Below, piece after piece: positions 31,001-39,775 of a stretch of DNA of 64,000 nt (position 1 is the stretch's first letter; each line of letters begins with the position of its first letter). This DNA comes from Candidatus Rokuibacteriota bacterium (GTDB lineage: Bacteria > Methylomirabilota > Methylomirabilia > Rokubacteriales > CSP1-6). The position numbers and the translations under genes are program-made. The DNA is taken from assembly GCA_016184365.1 (NCBI GenBank), contig JACPCW010000110.1:28611-92610 (forward strand), in the 5' to 3' direction. Below the pieces are notes generated by a model that saw only the letters and a program-made list of their open reading frames with translations, ran no database searches and had not been told where the DNA came from.

Positions 31001-31236
31001 GTGCTCACGAGCCGGGCCGTGCGGAGCGAGCGGGCGGCGTGGCGCAGGCTGTCGCGCGCCTGGATGTCGCCGGCGTCGCCCCACAGCAGGGCCGTGAGCT
31101 TGTCGCGGGGATGGCGCTGGCCCGGGTGGAGGGCGAGGTACGCGAGGAGCGCCCGGGCCTTGGCGGGCACGGCCACAACGTCTCCGGTGGGGATCCGGAG
31201 CGCGAAACCACCCAGCAGCTCGAGGCGGAAGGTCAT
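28003..31236 (-). CDS. SARP/AfsR-family transcriptional regulator (wHTH + BTAD + NB-ARC ATPase + TPR)
   Basis: 1077 aa starting MTFRLELLGGFALRIP. Walker A ..IVGEAGVGKTT... C-terminal TPR-like region. Confidence 0.85.
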   Translation of the reverse strand: MTFRLELLGGFALRIPTGDVVAVPAKARALLAYLALHPGQRHPRDKLTALLWGDAGDIQARDSLRHAARSLRTARLVSTDSAGFAVDPDALDVDVVRFERCVTAGTPEALAEAADLYRGDLLEGLAVNEPRFEEWLLAERERLRELALETLAKLLALHAKAGSTERAVVVASRLLSLDPLQEAVHRALMRLYARQGRRGAALRQYQVCVSVLDRELGAEPEAETRELYQEILRRPEGLAPRASPWSREPARLPAAAMRGDGVTPDTPVVGRAAELVTLRNALDEAQRGRGRVVAIVGEAGVGKTTVVRALAAEAEHRGARVLLGRSYESEQILPFGPWVDAFRTGQVVADEALLDALEPVWRSELARVLPEVAVPGLPSPGDDYLRLFEAVGQLLSRLAAPQPLVLMLEDVHWADEMTLRLIAFLGRRLPTARTLLVLTAREEDLDRGPLLRNILDELGCEASFTPLPLAPLSAEDTARLVRSLSRVGGDAETIARLGERVWQVSEGNPFVIVEMVRALADRTASALSAAPAPLPDSVRALTASRLERLSDRGRELAAVAAVIGREFEFPLLQRASGRAESEAAEGIEELVRRRILHGAGDGFDFTHDRIRQVIAAGVLKPKRQMLHAAVARALEALNRQRLDEVADQLAYHYSRTTDEAKAVEYLTRFADRATRSYALADAVSSMEEALRRTDRLAADERDRRYVPLVLRLAQAHYFLGRIATSVELLVSAGPRVERLADPAATAPYYFLLGRMRGVLGDHGASVACARRALEEATRCGDDVTAGKALFLLAQEALFTGSLRSGAEHGRAAATRLERTDERWWLGLSHWIVAVHQTLLGELTAAREAGRRLLETGAALADAHLESYGLWTLGWISAAEGDVEASVALCERALASAPNPVGRVNAIAALGYVLLEAGDVSRAVATLEEAVTLGRGFGAQRPQWLFLAMLADAYRLEGRLDDAHAAAVEVIRSTREVDYRYARGWAERGLGRVAQARGRLSDARARIGEALAIFAAVEAGLEVGRTHLDLARLAHAAGGRDDAAEHLCAARALFTGLGLPAWVARTGQVARELDVPPG

Positions 31237-31286
31237 GACCGGGCAGTCGGAACTATAGATTGATCGCCCTGCCTCCCTTCCGCGCA

Positions 31287-31317
31287 TTTTTCCGGTGCGA
31301 TTCCCAGGTTTTTCCGG
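31287..31317. promoter_or_regulatory. direct repeats TTTTTCCGG x2 at 22-bp periodicity in divergent promoter (candidate SARP-binding site)
   Basis: tttttccgg at 31287-31295 and 31309-31317, lying between the SARP start (31236) and the small ORF (31341). Confidence 0.35.
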
Positions 31318-31340
31318 CTCGGCCCGGTACAAGGGGCGCC

Positions 31341-31532
31341 GTGACGTTCATCGTCCGGCTGTCCAGCGACGCCGCCGGCCGCGTCACCGGCATCGTCGAG
31401 CGCGTCAGGAACGGCCAGAAGGAACGCTTCGAGGGGCTCGAGGGCCTGGCGCCGGCGCTCGCGCGGATGGCGCGGCCGGAGGACTTCGCGCCGGCCGTCG
31501 AAGGGACCCGAACGGAAGGAGAACTGCGATGA
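31341..31532 (+). CDS. small hypothetical protein (63 aa) coupled to collagen-like gene
   Basis: GTG start with AAGGGG RBS-like sequence upstream. Stop overlaps the downstream ATG (ATGA). Confidence 0.3.
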   Translation: MTFIVRLSSDAAGRVTGIVERVRNGQKERFEGLEGLAPALARMARPEDFAPAVEGTRTEGELR

Positions 31533-32902
31533 GCACGACCCGCACCTGGCACACCACGATGGTTGTCGGAGCACTGATCGCGCTCACCGCGATGATGCTC
31601 GCGCCCGGCGGCGGAGCGCGGCCCCACGTCGCCTTCGCGCATGGCGGCGATGCCGGCGTCATTCACGCCTGCGTCCAGCAGGGCAGCCAGCAGGTTCGCA
31701 TCGTCGGGCCCGCCGAGAGCTGCCGCGGTCCGGAGACGGCGGTGCACTGGTCGATTGTCGGACCGATCGGCCCGGCGGGTCCCGTCGGCCCGGCCGGGCC
31801 TCAGGGGCCTCAGGGACCCAAAGGCGACAAGGGCGATCAAGGCGCGACGGGGCCGCAAGGTGTCGCCGGGCCGGTGGGACCGGCAGGCCCGCAAGGACCG
31901 ACGGGATCCACCGGCGATACCGGGCCGCAAGGATCTCAGGGTGTGGCGGGGCCGTCGGGTCCCGCCGGCCCGGCCGGGCCGCAGGGTGCGAAAGGTGACA
32001 GGGGCGACCCCGGTCCGGTCGGGCCGCAAGGACCTCCAGGTCTGTCGGGCACGTTCGTCGGCGATGTCACCACGGTCGAGGACACGGCGCTCGGCACCAT
32101 GACCGATACGAGCCGCGTCACCGTGACGATCGGTGGCATCGGGACTTTCACGCCGGTCGCCATGTCCAGGATCGGCTTCGACGTGGCCGTGGTCGAGTTC
32201 GACGCGGCGGGAATCTGGCGCGAGTTCGGTCCCGGGATCGTCACGCCCCGAAACGTGACCTTCCGAGGGCTGGTTGGCTCGTCGCCGAGTTCGGCACTCG
32301 ACGGCTGGGTCAGGGACGTTGCCGACGGTCGAGTCGACCGGAGGGACATCACCCTCACCGTGGCGAGCAAGGGGACGACAACGTTCCAGCTGATCTTGCA
32401 GAACTGCCTCCCGATCGCATCCCAGCCGTTCGCGTTCGACGCTCTCGATCCGAACCTCACCTACGGCGAGCTGACCGTCACGCTCCAGGCAATCGAGATC
32501 GTGACGTTCGACCTGCCTCCCGTTTCGGCTCGCGCACTGGTGCAGGCCGATCGGGGAAACGATGGATGGGTCCAGCTGGCGGCCGGTGGGCTCGAAGGTG
32601 GTGCGATCACGATCGATCCTTCGAGCAAGAGCGTCACGCCCATCAGGCTGACATCGGTCACCCCGCTCGCCGGAGAGGGGCCGCCAGCGTTCCTCCTGTG
32701 GCTAGCGGACCTCGTCGAGGGGAGCCCGACCGCGGTCACCGCCTCGGTCCTGGTGAACACCGTGGCCAAGGACGGCTCGGTGGAGCCGCGCCTCTCGTAC
32801 GTGGACGTGTTCCCCACGCGGGTCACGTTCTTCAACCCGCTCCGGCCCGACGACCTCGGGGTCACGATCGACGTGACCCTGCAGGCCAACCGGATCCCCT
32901 GA
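31529..32902 (+). CDS. secreted collagen-like protein with two C-terminal phage-tail-tube (T4 gp19 / eCIS tube)-like domains
   Basis: GGAAGGAGA RBS. Signal peptide [30 protein letters not shown]. About 35 uninterrupted G-X-Y triplets. Then two tandem ~140-aa domains matching the tail-tube pattern (..[29 protein letters not shown]..; ..[25 protein letters not shown]..). Confidence 0.8.
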   Translation: MSTTRTWHTTMVVGALIALTAMMLAPGGGARPHVAFAHGGDAGVIHACVQQGSQQVRIVGPAESCRGPETAVHWSIVGPIGPAGPVGPAGPQGPQGPKGDKGDQGATGPQGVAGPVGPAGPQGPTGSTGDTGPQGSQGVAGPSGPAGPAGPQGAKGDRGDPGPVGPQGPPGLSGTFVGDVTTVEDTALGTMTDTSRVTVTIGGIGTFTPVAMSRIGFDVAVVEFDAAGIWREFGPGIVTPRNVTFRGLVGSSPSSALDGWVRDVADGRVDRRDITLTVASKGTTTFQLILQNCLPIASQPFAFDALDPNLTYGELTVTLQAIEIVTFDLPPVSARALVQADRGNDGWVQLAAGGLEGGAITIDPSSKSVTPIRLTSVTPLAGEGPPAFLLWLADLVEGSPTAVTASVLVNTVAKDGSVEPRLSYVDVFPTRVTFFNPLRPDDLGVTIDVTLQANRIP

Positions 32903-32933
32903 CGCCCCGGGGCCGCCGACGAGGAGGCGTGTC

Positions 32934-35900
32934 ATGACGCTGTGGAGCACCGTCGTCCGGACCGTGATCGCGTTCCTCCGCCCGGGGCTCGCCGCGCTGG
33001 TCATCCTCGGCGTCGCGGTCTTGGAGCCTCCTGCCGCCTTCGCCGCCGCGATCGTCGTCACCACGCTCGACGACGGGATGAACAGCGACGGCGACTGCTC
33101 GCTGCGGGAGGCGATCACCGCTGCCGACACGAACGTGCCGGTGGACGGCTGCCCCGCTGGCAGCGCCTCGTCGATGGACACGATCACGTTCGCGGTCGGC
33201 GGGACGATCGCGCTCGGCGCGGCCCTCCCGGACATCGCCGACCCGGCCGGGGTGACCATCGACGGCTCCGGGGCCATCGCGATCACCGGCGGCGCGGGCC
33301 GGATCGTGAGAGTGCTGCCGTGCGCCCGGCTCGACCTGCACGGGCTCGTCGTGACCGAGACGGTCGGCGACGCGGTCCTGAACGACGGCCACCTCTCGGT
33401 CGTCGACACGGTCTTCCGCGGCACGAAGGGCAACGCGATCAACACCACGGGGCCCACGAACGTCAGCGGCAGCCTCTTCGCGAGCAACGGCCGCGGCATC
33501 TCGGCCAACCGAGCGACGGTGAGGATCCTGAGCAGCGCGTTCACCGACAACCAGGACGGCTTCTACGGCGCCTCGGCGCTCTGGGTCACCTTCAGCACGG
33601 TGACGATCGCCCGGAGCACGTTCACCGACAACCGCGGCGGGGAACGCGGCGCGATGCTCCTCTACGGGAGCACCGCCACGATCACCGACAGCACGTTCCG
33701 GAACAACCGGGCGTACCGGCAAGACATCGACGCGCGCGGGGGCGCCATCGAGAGCTCGGGCACGACGCTCGTCGTCGCCGGCAGCACGTTCGTCGACAAC
33801 TATGCGTTGTATGTCGGGCTCAACGGCGCCCACGCCCGGGGCGGCGCGCTGCACGTCGACCACGGCGCGGTCACCGTGAGCAACAGCACGTTCGTCGCCA
33901 ACCTGGCGCTGGCGTACAACTACAACGGGTTCAGCCGCGCCTTCGGCGGCGCCATCCAGACCAGGGGAGGCTCCGGCACCGTCGACCTCGTCAACTCGAC
34001 CTTCGCCGATAACCAGGCGCGGAGCCACTCCGGCTCGAGTGAGCCGCGCCCCGACCTGAGCGCCGGCGGCACGATCCATCGCGAGGGCCTGACCGTGACG
34101 CTCCGGAACACGCTCGTCGCCAAGGCCCTGGACGGTACCTGGGACGCGGTGCCCGCCTGCTTCGGCGCGCTGGTGGACGGCGGCGGCAACCTCTCGAGCG
34201 ACGGAACCTGCCCGGGCCTGCACGCCGACCCGCTGCTCGACCCGGCGGGGCTCGAGGACAACGGCGGTCCCACGGAGACGATCGCGCTCCAGCCGGGAAG
34301 CCCGGCGATCGCGGCCGGCGTCGGCGCGACGTGCGCCGCCGCGCCCGTGAACGGCGTCGACCAGCGCGCCGCACTGCGGCTCTCCTGCGACGTCGGCGCG
34401 TTCGCGTACGCGTCGGCGGCGCCGCCGGTGTCGGCGCCCGACGCCCTGCCTCCGCTCCCGGCTCAGTCCGGGTGTCCCGTCTTCAACCAGCCGCCGGTCG
34501 TCACGAACCCGGGCGACCAGACGAGTGCCGAGGGCGGCGCACCGTCGCTCCAGATCGGCGCGAGTGACCCGGACGGTGACGCGATCGGCTACGCGGCGGT
34601 GGGCCTGCCGCCCGGCCTGGCGATCGACGCCGCGACTGGCCTCGTGACGGGGATGCTCGGCTACGATGCGGCCGGCTCGTACGGCGTGACCATCACCGTC
34701 ACCGACGCGCGCGGGGCCAGCTCGAGTGTGAGCTTCACGTGGGCGGTGACGGACGTGAACCGTCCGCCGGCGGTCACGAACCCAGGGAGCCAGACGAGCG
34801 CGGAGGGGACGAGCCCCTCGCTGCAGATCAGCGCGAGCGACCTCGACGCAGACGCCCTCACGTACTCCGCGACGGGTCTGCCGCCGGGGCTTGGCATCGA
34901 CGCGGCGACCGGGCGCATCGCCGGCACCCTCGGCTACAGCGCGGCCGGTACGTACGCGGTGACGGTCAGCGTCAGCGACGGCAGCGGCGGCTCGGCCTCG
35001 GTCTCGTTCACGTGGACGGTCGCCGACATCAATCGCGCGCCGATCGCCCGGGCCGACTCGGCGACGACCGTCGAGGACACGCCCGTCACCGTCAACGTGC
35101 TGGCCAACGACGACGATCCCGACGGCGACGCGCTGACCGTGCTCGGCGTCGCGCAGCCGTCGCGCGGGACCACGCTCCTGAACGCCGACGGCACCGTGAC
35201 CTACGTCCCGGCGTCGAACTTCAACGGGTCCGACGGCTTCAGCTACACGATCCGCGATGCGCTCGGCGCCACGGCGACGGCGACGGTGACGCTCCAGGTG
35301 ACGCCGGTGAACGATCCGCCGACGCTCGCTCCGATCGCCGACCAGACCCACACGGTGGGCCAGGCGGTCACGCTCGATGTCGTCGCCGCGGACGCCGACG
35401 GCGACGGCCTGAGCTTCACGGCCACCGACCTCCCGGCCGGCATCACGGTGAATCCCGCGACCGGCACGATGTCGGGCGTGCTGCAGGCGCCGGGCGCGCA
35501 CCAGGCGACGGTGACCGTGTCCGACGGCAACGGCGGTCGCGCCAGCGCGTCGTTCCGCTGGAGTGCCGTCACGGCGAACCGGCCGCCGGTCTGCACGGCG
35601 ACGGCGAGCCCGTCGGTGATCTGGCCGCCGAACCACAAGCAGAAGGTCGTCGTCCGCCTCGTGGGTGTCGCCGATCCCGACGGCGACCCGGTCAGCGTCA
35701 CCATGACCGGCATCCTGCAGGACGAGCCGACCAACACGCTCGGCGACGGCGAGACGTGGATCGACGGCGGTGGGGTCGGGACCTCGGAGGCGTGGGTGCG
35801 CGCCGAGCGCTCGGGAACGCCGCGCGTGCCTGGTAACGGCCGGGTCTACGAGATCCTCTACAGGGCCGAGGACGGTCACGGCGGCTCGTGCACGGGTTCG

Positions 35901-36011
35901 GCGCTGGTCGGCGTGCCCCACGACCAAGGCAAGGGGCCGGCGATCGACGACGGCATCCGGTACGATTCGACGGTCGCGGGAGGCCCGCGCGCAGTGCGTC
36001 CTACCAGATGA
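32934..36011 (+). CDS. large secreted adhesin-like protein (CSLREA motif, beta-helix repeats, 4x putative Ig domains, cadherin-like domains)
   Basis: GAGGAGG RBS. Signal peptide. ..DGDCSLREAITAAD... Repeated N-S-T-F/beta-helix motifs. Four ..GLPPGL.IDAATG.. Ig repeats. ..VLANDDDPDGDALTV... Confidence 0.8.
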   Translation: MTLWSTVVRTVIAFLRPGLAALVILGVAVLEPPAAFAAAIVVTTLDDGMNSDGDCSLREAITAADTNVPVDGCPAGSASSMDTITFAVGGTIALGAALPDIADPAGVTIDGSGAIAITGGAGRIVRVLPCARLDLHGLVVTETVGDAVLNDGHLSVVDTVFRGTKGNAINTTGPTNVSGSLFASNGRGISANRATVRILSSAFTDNQDGFYGASALWVTFSTVTIARSTFTDNRGGERGAMLLYGSTATITDSTFRNNRAYRQDIDARGGAIESSGTTLVVAGSTFVDNYALYVGLNGAHARGGALHVDHGAVTVSNSTFVANLALAYNYNGFSRAFGGAIQTRGGSGTVDLVNSTFADNQARSHSGSSEPRPDLSAGGTIHREGLTVTLRNTLVAKALDGTWDAVPACFGALVDGGGNLSSDGTCPGLHADPLLDPAGLEDNGGPTETIALQPGSPAIAAGVGATCAAAPVNGVDQRAALRLSCDVGAFAYASAAPPVSAPDALPPLPAQSGCPVFNQPPVVTNPGDQTSAEGGAPSLQIGASDPDGDAIGYAAVGLPPGLAIDAATGLVTGMLGYDAAGSYGVTITVTDARGASSSVSFTWAVTDVNRPPAVTNPGSQTSAEGTSPSLQISASDLDADALTYSATGLPPGLGIDAATGRIAGTLGYSAAGTYAVTVSVSDGSGGSASVSFTWTVADINRAPIARADSATTVEDTPVTVNVLANDDDPDGDALTVLGVAQPSRGTTLLNADGTVTYVPASNFNGSDGFSYTIRDALGATATATVTLQVTPVNDPPTLAPIADQTHTVGQAVTLDVVAADADGDGLSFTATDLPAGITVNPATGTMSGVLQAPGAHQATVTVSDGNGGRASASFRWSAVTANRPPVCTATASPSVIWPPNHKQKVVVRLVGVADPDGDPVSVTMTGILQDEPTNTLGDGETWIDGGGVGTSEAWVRAERSGTPRVPGNGRVYEILYRAEDGHGGSCTGSALVGVPHDQGKGPAIDDGIRYDSTVAGGPRAVRPTR

Positions 36012-36166
36012 CTTCGACGAGTCCCGAGTGGCGGATATCGGGATCGCGCGACAAGAGCGGCAGGTTCAAATGGCGCGCCGCTGCACAGATCAGGGCGTCA
36101 AATGGATCGCGATTCGGACGGTGCGCGTCGGCGTCGTAGATCTGCTCGGGAGTCAGGTCGAACGAG
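35990..36166. repeat. 172-bp direct repeat copy 1 (3' end of a PIN-toxin gene, minus strand)
   Basis: ~97% identical to 39598-39775. Minus strand encodes ..DPFDALICAAARHLNLPLLSRD.DIR.SGLVEVIW*. Confidence 0.75.
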
Positions 36167-36179
36167 CCGCGCGAACGAT

Positions 36180-36482
36180 TACCTGCGGGACTGGGAGGCG
36201 CAGCGGACGCGCGTGCTGTTCGGCGTGCCGGGCGTCGGTGCGCAGGACAAGGCCATCACCGAGAGCCAGGGCGTGTACGACCGGACGCTCGAACGGCTCG
36301 GGCGCGCGGATCTCGGCATCATCCGCGTGCGGAAACGCCTGCTCGACGCGGCGCTGGCGCTGCGCGAGCAGCGCACGCCGCCGCCGGGGCTCGACGCGGC
36401 GAGCTACCGCGTCAGACCGGCGTCGGTGCTGCTGCCGAAGGACACGCCGTGGGCCGAGGCGGCCGCCGAGCGGCTCCTCTAG
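36180..36482 (+). pseudogene. Rieske-type oxygenase alpha-subunit 3' fragment
   Basis: ..DKAITESQGVYDRTLERLGRADLGIIRVRKRLLDAA.. resembles an oxygenase C-terminus. No N-terminal Rieske or catalytic part. Abuts repeat copy 1. Confidence 0.4.
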
Positions 36483-37792
36483 TCCTCCTGCATCAGATGA
36501 TCGCGCTGGGTCGTGCCCGTGTAGTCACGGCGGAGGCGGCCGCGGCGCTGGAGCTCCGGCACCACCAGGTCGACGAACTCCTCGATCGCGCCCGGCGAGT
36601 AGATCGGTGACAGCATGAACCCGTCGCCGCCCACCGCGTCGAAGTACGCCTCCATCTGATCGGCCACCTGGGCCGGGGTGCCCACCATCTGCAGGAGGCC
36701 CACGCTCTGGCCGTGGCGCTGCGCCACCTCGCGCACGGTGAGCAGCTCGCCGGTCAGGGTGCGGTAGCGCGTCTGCATCCGCTGGAGCTCGGGCTCCGTG
36801 CGATGAGCCATCAGCTCGTCGAGCGAGAGCTTGGAGAGGTCGAAGTCGAGGTGGCCGGAGAGGATCGCCAGTGCGCCCTCGTGCGGCACGAGCGCATTGT
36901 GCTCCTCCTGCTTCTCGTGCGCGTGCGCCTCGCTCTCGCCGAGGATCGGCTGGATGCCGAAGAGGATCTTGCACGCCTCCGGCGGACGCCCCGCGTTGAC
37001 CGTGGCGCTCTTGATGTCGTCGTAGTACGCCCTGGCGCCGGTGAGGTTCGGCTGGATGGCGAAGATCGCGTCCGCGTAGCGCGCGGCGAACGAGCGGCCC
37101 TTGGGCGAGGTGCCCGCCTGCACGATCGCCGGCCCGTTCTGCGGCGATGGGATGACGTTCAGCGGGCCGCGCGACTTGAAGAAGCGGCCCTCGAACTCGA
37201 TGCGGTGCACCTTGGCGGGGTCGGCGAAGATGCCGGCCTCGCGGTCCATCACGACCGCGTCGGGCTCCCAGCTCTCCCACAGCGTGCGGCAGACCTGGAT
37301 GAACTCGTGCGCGCGCTCGTACCGCTCGCCCGTCGGCCGGAGCGTCTCGCCGTAGTTCGCGGACTGGTTGTGGTTCAGCGTCGTCACCACGTTCCAGGCC
37401 GCGCGGCCGCGCGTGAGGTGGTCCAGCGTCGCCCACAGGCGCGCGGCGTAGAACGGGTGCGCGTGGCTGATGGAGAAGGTGGCCCCCAGGCCGATCCGCG
37501 ACGTCACCGCGGCCATGAAACCGAGGAGCGGGATGGGGTCGTGCTCGGGCGCCTGCGTGGCATGCCGGATGGCGGGCGCCATCGACCCCGTGTACGTGTC
37601 GGAGATGTAGTTGAGGTCGGCGAAGAAGACCATGTCGAACCTGCCGCGCTCGCAGACCTGCGCGATGTGCTGGTAGAGCTCCGGCTTCGTCCAGTCGTAC
37701 CCGGCGGCTGCCGTCCGCGGATGCCGCCACATCGCGAGGCTGTGGTACGTCGGCCCGTGGCAGAGGAACTGCGCGAGGTGCATCATGCGCAC
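36479..37792 (-). CDS. LLM-class flavin-dependent monooxygenase (NtaA/SsuD/DszA-like)
   Basis: 437 aa with ..GFMAAVTSRIGLGATFSISHAHPFYAARLWATLDHLTRGRAAWNVVT... Confidence 0.8.
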   Translation of the reverse strand: MRMMHLAQFLCHGPTYHSLAMWRHPRTAAAGYDWTKPELYQHIAQVCERGRFDMVFFADLNYISDTYTGSMAPAIRHATQAPEHDPIPLLGFMAAVTSRIGLGATFSISHAHPFYAARLWATLDHLTRGRAAWNVVTTLNHNQSANYGETLRPTGERYERAHEFIQVCRTLWESWEPDAVVMDREAGIFADPAKVHRIEFEGRFFKSRGPLNVIPSPQNGPAIVQAGTSPKGRSFAARYADAIFAIQPNLTGARAYYDDIKSATVNAGRPPEACKILFGIQPILGESEAHAHEKQEEHNALVPHEGALAILSGHLDFDLSKLSLDELMAHRTEPELQRMQTRYRTLTGELLTVREVAQRHGQSVGLLQMVGTPAQVADQMEAYFDAVGGDGFMLSPIYSPGAIEEFVDLVVPELQRRGRLRRDYTGTTQRDHLMQED

Positions 37793-37803
37793 GGCGCTGG
37801 GCC

Positions 37804-37990
37804 ATGTCGACCACGCACATCGGGCTCGGCGCCACCGTGTCGACGAGCTTCGGCGAGCCCTACCACGTGGCGCGGACGTTCGCGTCGATCGATCACCTCT
37901 CGAAGGGCCGCGCCGCCTGGAACGTGGTGACGAGCTCGGCCGGGCGGGCCGCGCTGAACTTCAGCCGCGACGTGGCCGCCACGGCGGCCG
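37804..37990 (+). pseudogene. LLM monooxygenase internal fragment (inverted partial paralog)
   Basis: MSTTHIGLGATVSTSFGEPYHVARTFASIDHLSKGRAAWNVVTSS aligns to residues ~95-145 of the adjacent LLM. Nothing else of the gene is present. Confidence 0.4.
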
Positions 37991-38051
37991 CCCGCGCACA
38001 CCGACACGACGGCGGTGGCATGGGTGAGAAGGGCCGCCGTGCGCGCGAGGT

Positions 38052-38468
38052 TCAGGCGTATCGGCGGACAACGAGCTCGGGAATGCGGTCGTAGTGCCTC
38101 GGATTGCCCGTGACGAGCTCATCGTCGCGGTGCAGCGCCGTACAGGCGATGAGAAGGTCCGACGTCGGCAAACGGCGGCCCTCGATGACGAGACGTGCGT
38201 CGAGCTCGCCGTAGAGTCGCGCGATGGCGAGCGTGAGCGGCACCACCGGGATCGCGGCCAGGATGGCCTCGACGAATTCCGTCCGCCGTGCCCGTCGCGC
38301 CGCCGAATCGGCCCGCCAGCAGCCGTGGACGAGTTCTCCGGCGCTCATCACGGAGAGCGCCAGCTCGACGTCGCCGTACTGGTCGAGCAACCCGGCGATG
38401 ACCGCCTCGGCGGTTTCGGTTCGCCGCTCGGCCGCGACGAAGACGGTCGAGTCGATCAGGAGTCCCAC
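38052..38468 (-). CDS. vapC: PIN-domain toxin
   Basis: MGLLIDSTVFVAAER.. and a C-terminal ..TGNPRHYDRIPEL... Start overlaps the antitoxin stop by 13 nt. Confidence 0.8.
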   Translation of the reverse strand: MGLLIDSTVFVAAERRTETAEAVIAGLLDQYGDVELALSVMSAGELVHGCWRADSAARRARRTEFVEAILAAIPVVPLTLAIARLYGELDARLVIEGRRLPTSDLLIACTALHRDDELVTGNPRHYDRIPELVVRRYA

Positions 38469-38758
38469 GGCGTATGGTCGGACGATTCGGCGGCGATGAT
38501 CGCGAGCAGGTCTGCCCCGAAACGCCCATCCAGCCGGACCGGCACACGGCTTCGGAGAATCTCCAATGCCTGCGAAGCCGTGCGCCCGCGCAAGGGCGGC
38601 GCCGACATGAGGCAGACGTCCTTGCCACGCCGGTGGATGAGGAACTGCGAGCCGCCCTCCACCTCGTCCAGGAGGCGCGCGAACGACCGGCTCGCCTGCG
38701 TCGCCGACAGCCGACCGGCTCGGCGCTTCGGGCGTCGGTGGTCTGATTTCTTCGTCAT
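38456..38758 (-). CDS. Phd/YefM-type antitoxin
   Basis: ..LSATQASRSFARLLDEVEGGSQFLIHRRGKDVCLMS... Confidence 0.65.
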   Translation of the reverse strand: MTKKSDHRRPKRRAGRLSATQASRSFARLLDEVEGGSQFLIHRRGKDVCLMSAPPLRGRTASQALEILRSRVPVRLDGRFGADLLAIIAAESSDHTPWDS

Positions 38759-38871
38759 GAATCTGATTCTAGGGCACGACGGCCGAGGGCACCAGCAGCG
38801 CCTCGCAGACCACCGCCGACGCCATCCTCGGCCGCCTCGGCGGCCTGGACACCGCCAACCTGGACGCGTCC

Positions 38872-39305
38872 GTGTCCTCGTGCGCCTCGCAGGCGACCGC
38901 AGACGCCATTCTCCGGCGGGTCAGCGGCCTCACCACCGCGAACCTGGACATCGCGGTCTCGTCGCGCGCCTCGCAGGCCAGCGTCGACGCGCTGGCGACC
39001 AGGCTCCAGGCGCTCGGCCTGGACGGGCTCGGCGCGCACCTGGACCTGCTCCTGCGCGCGAAGATCGAGGTGGCGCTGGCGAGCGGCGACGCCCGGGTCG
39101 TCCTCTTCTACGCGCCGGCCAGCGCGGGGGGCACCTGGAGACGGTCCGGGCGATCGTGGCCGACGCCGTCCAGATGGCCCGCCAGTCCGGCGTCGACGTG
39201 GGCAAGGCGGAGCGCAGCCTCGCCGGCGGTGATCTCGCGTACGCCGCCGGACGGTACGTGGAGGCGTATGACCGGTTCCGGAGGGCCTACCAGGAGCTCG
39301 ACTAG
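38872..39305 (+). CDS. repeat-containing hypothetical protein with frameshift at a G6 run (~39125)
   Basis: Tandem ~28-aa repeats (ASQ.TADAIL.R..GL.TANLD..VSS). Reading frame shifts at gcGGGGGGcacc into ..HLETVRAIVADAVQMARQSGVDVGKAE..YQELD*. Confidence 0.35.
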
Positions 39306-39401
39306 CGCCGCTCCGACGCGCCCCGCGCGTCCGGCCCACCGTAGTACCCGGTGGGCCGGGCGCCGGCGGCGCCCGATGCCGGACAGCACGGAAGGGTCCA
39401 C

Positions 39402-39597
39402 ATGAGCGACGCCGTGAAGCTCGCCGTCGGCCTGACGTACGCGCGATCGGTGATGGCCACAGACGACCTCACCCCGGCGCACCTGCGTGGCGACCCGATC
39501 CGGGTCCTGTCGACGCCCGACATGATCCGGCTCATCGACCAGACGGCGATCGAGGCATCAAATGCGCGACAGCTGGCACATCCTGGCCGCGACACGC
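39402..39597 (+). pseudogene. hotdog-fold thioesterase 5' fragment
   Basis: MSDAVKLAVGLTYARSVMATDDLTPAHLRGDPIRVLSTPDMIRLIDQTAIEA resembles a FlK/PaaI-like N-terminus. Truncated at repeat copy 2. Confidence 0.35.
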
Positions 39598-39775
39598 GCA
39601 GTGCGTCCTACCAGATGACTTCGACGAGTCCCGAACGGCGGATATCGGAATCGCGCGACAGTAGCGGCAGGTTCAAATGGCGCGCCGCTGCACAGATCAG
39701 GGCGTCAAATGGATCGCGATTCGGACGGTGCGCGTCGGCGTCATAGATCTGCTCGGGAGTCAGGTCGAACGGTTG
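39598..39775. repeat. 172-bp direct repeat copy 2 (3' end of intact PIN-toxin gene)
   Basis: See 35990-36166. Confidence 0.75.

Noticed and set aside
38094-39305. 403-aa plus-strand ORF across the vapBC pair
   Set aside because: It is antisense to a canonical TA module and Arg-rich. Only its last ~60 aa (after the G6 run) look genuine and are assigned to the repeat-protein gene.
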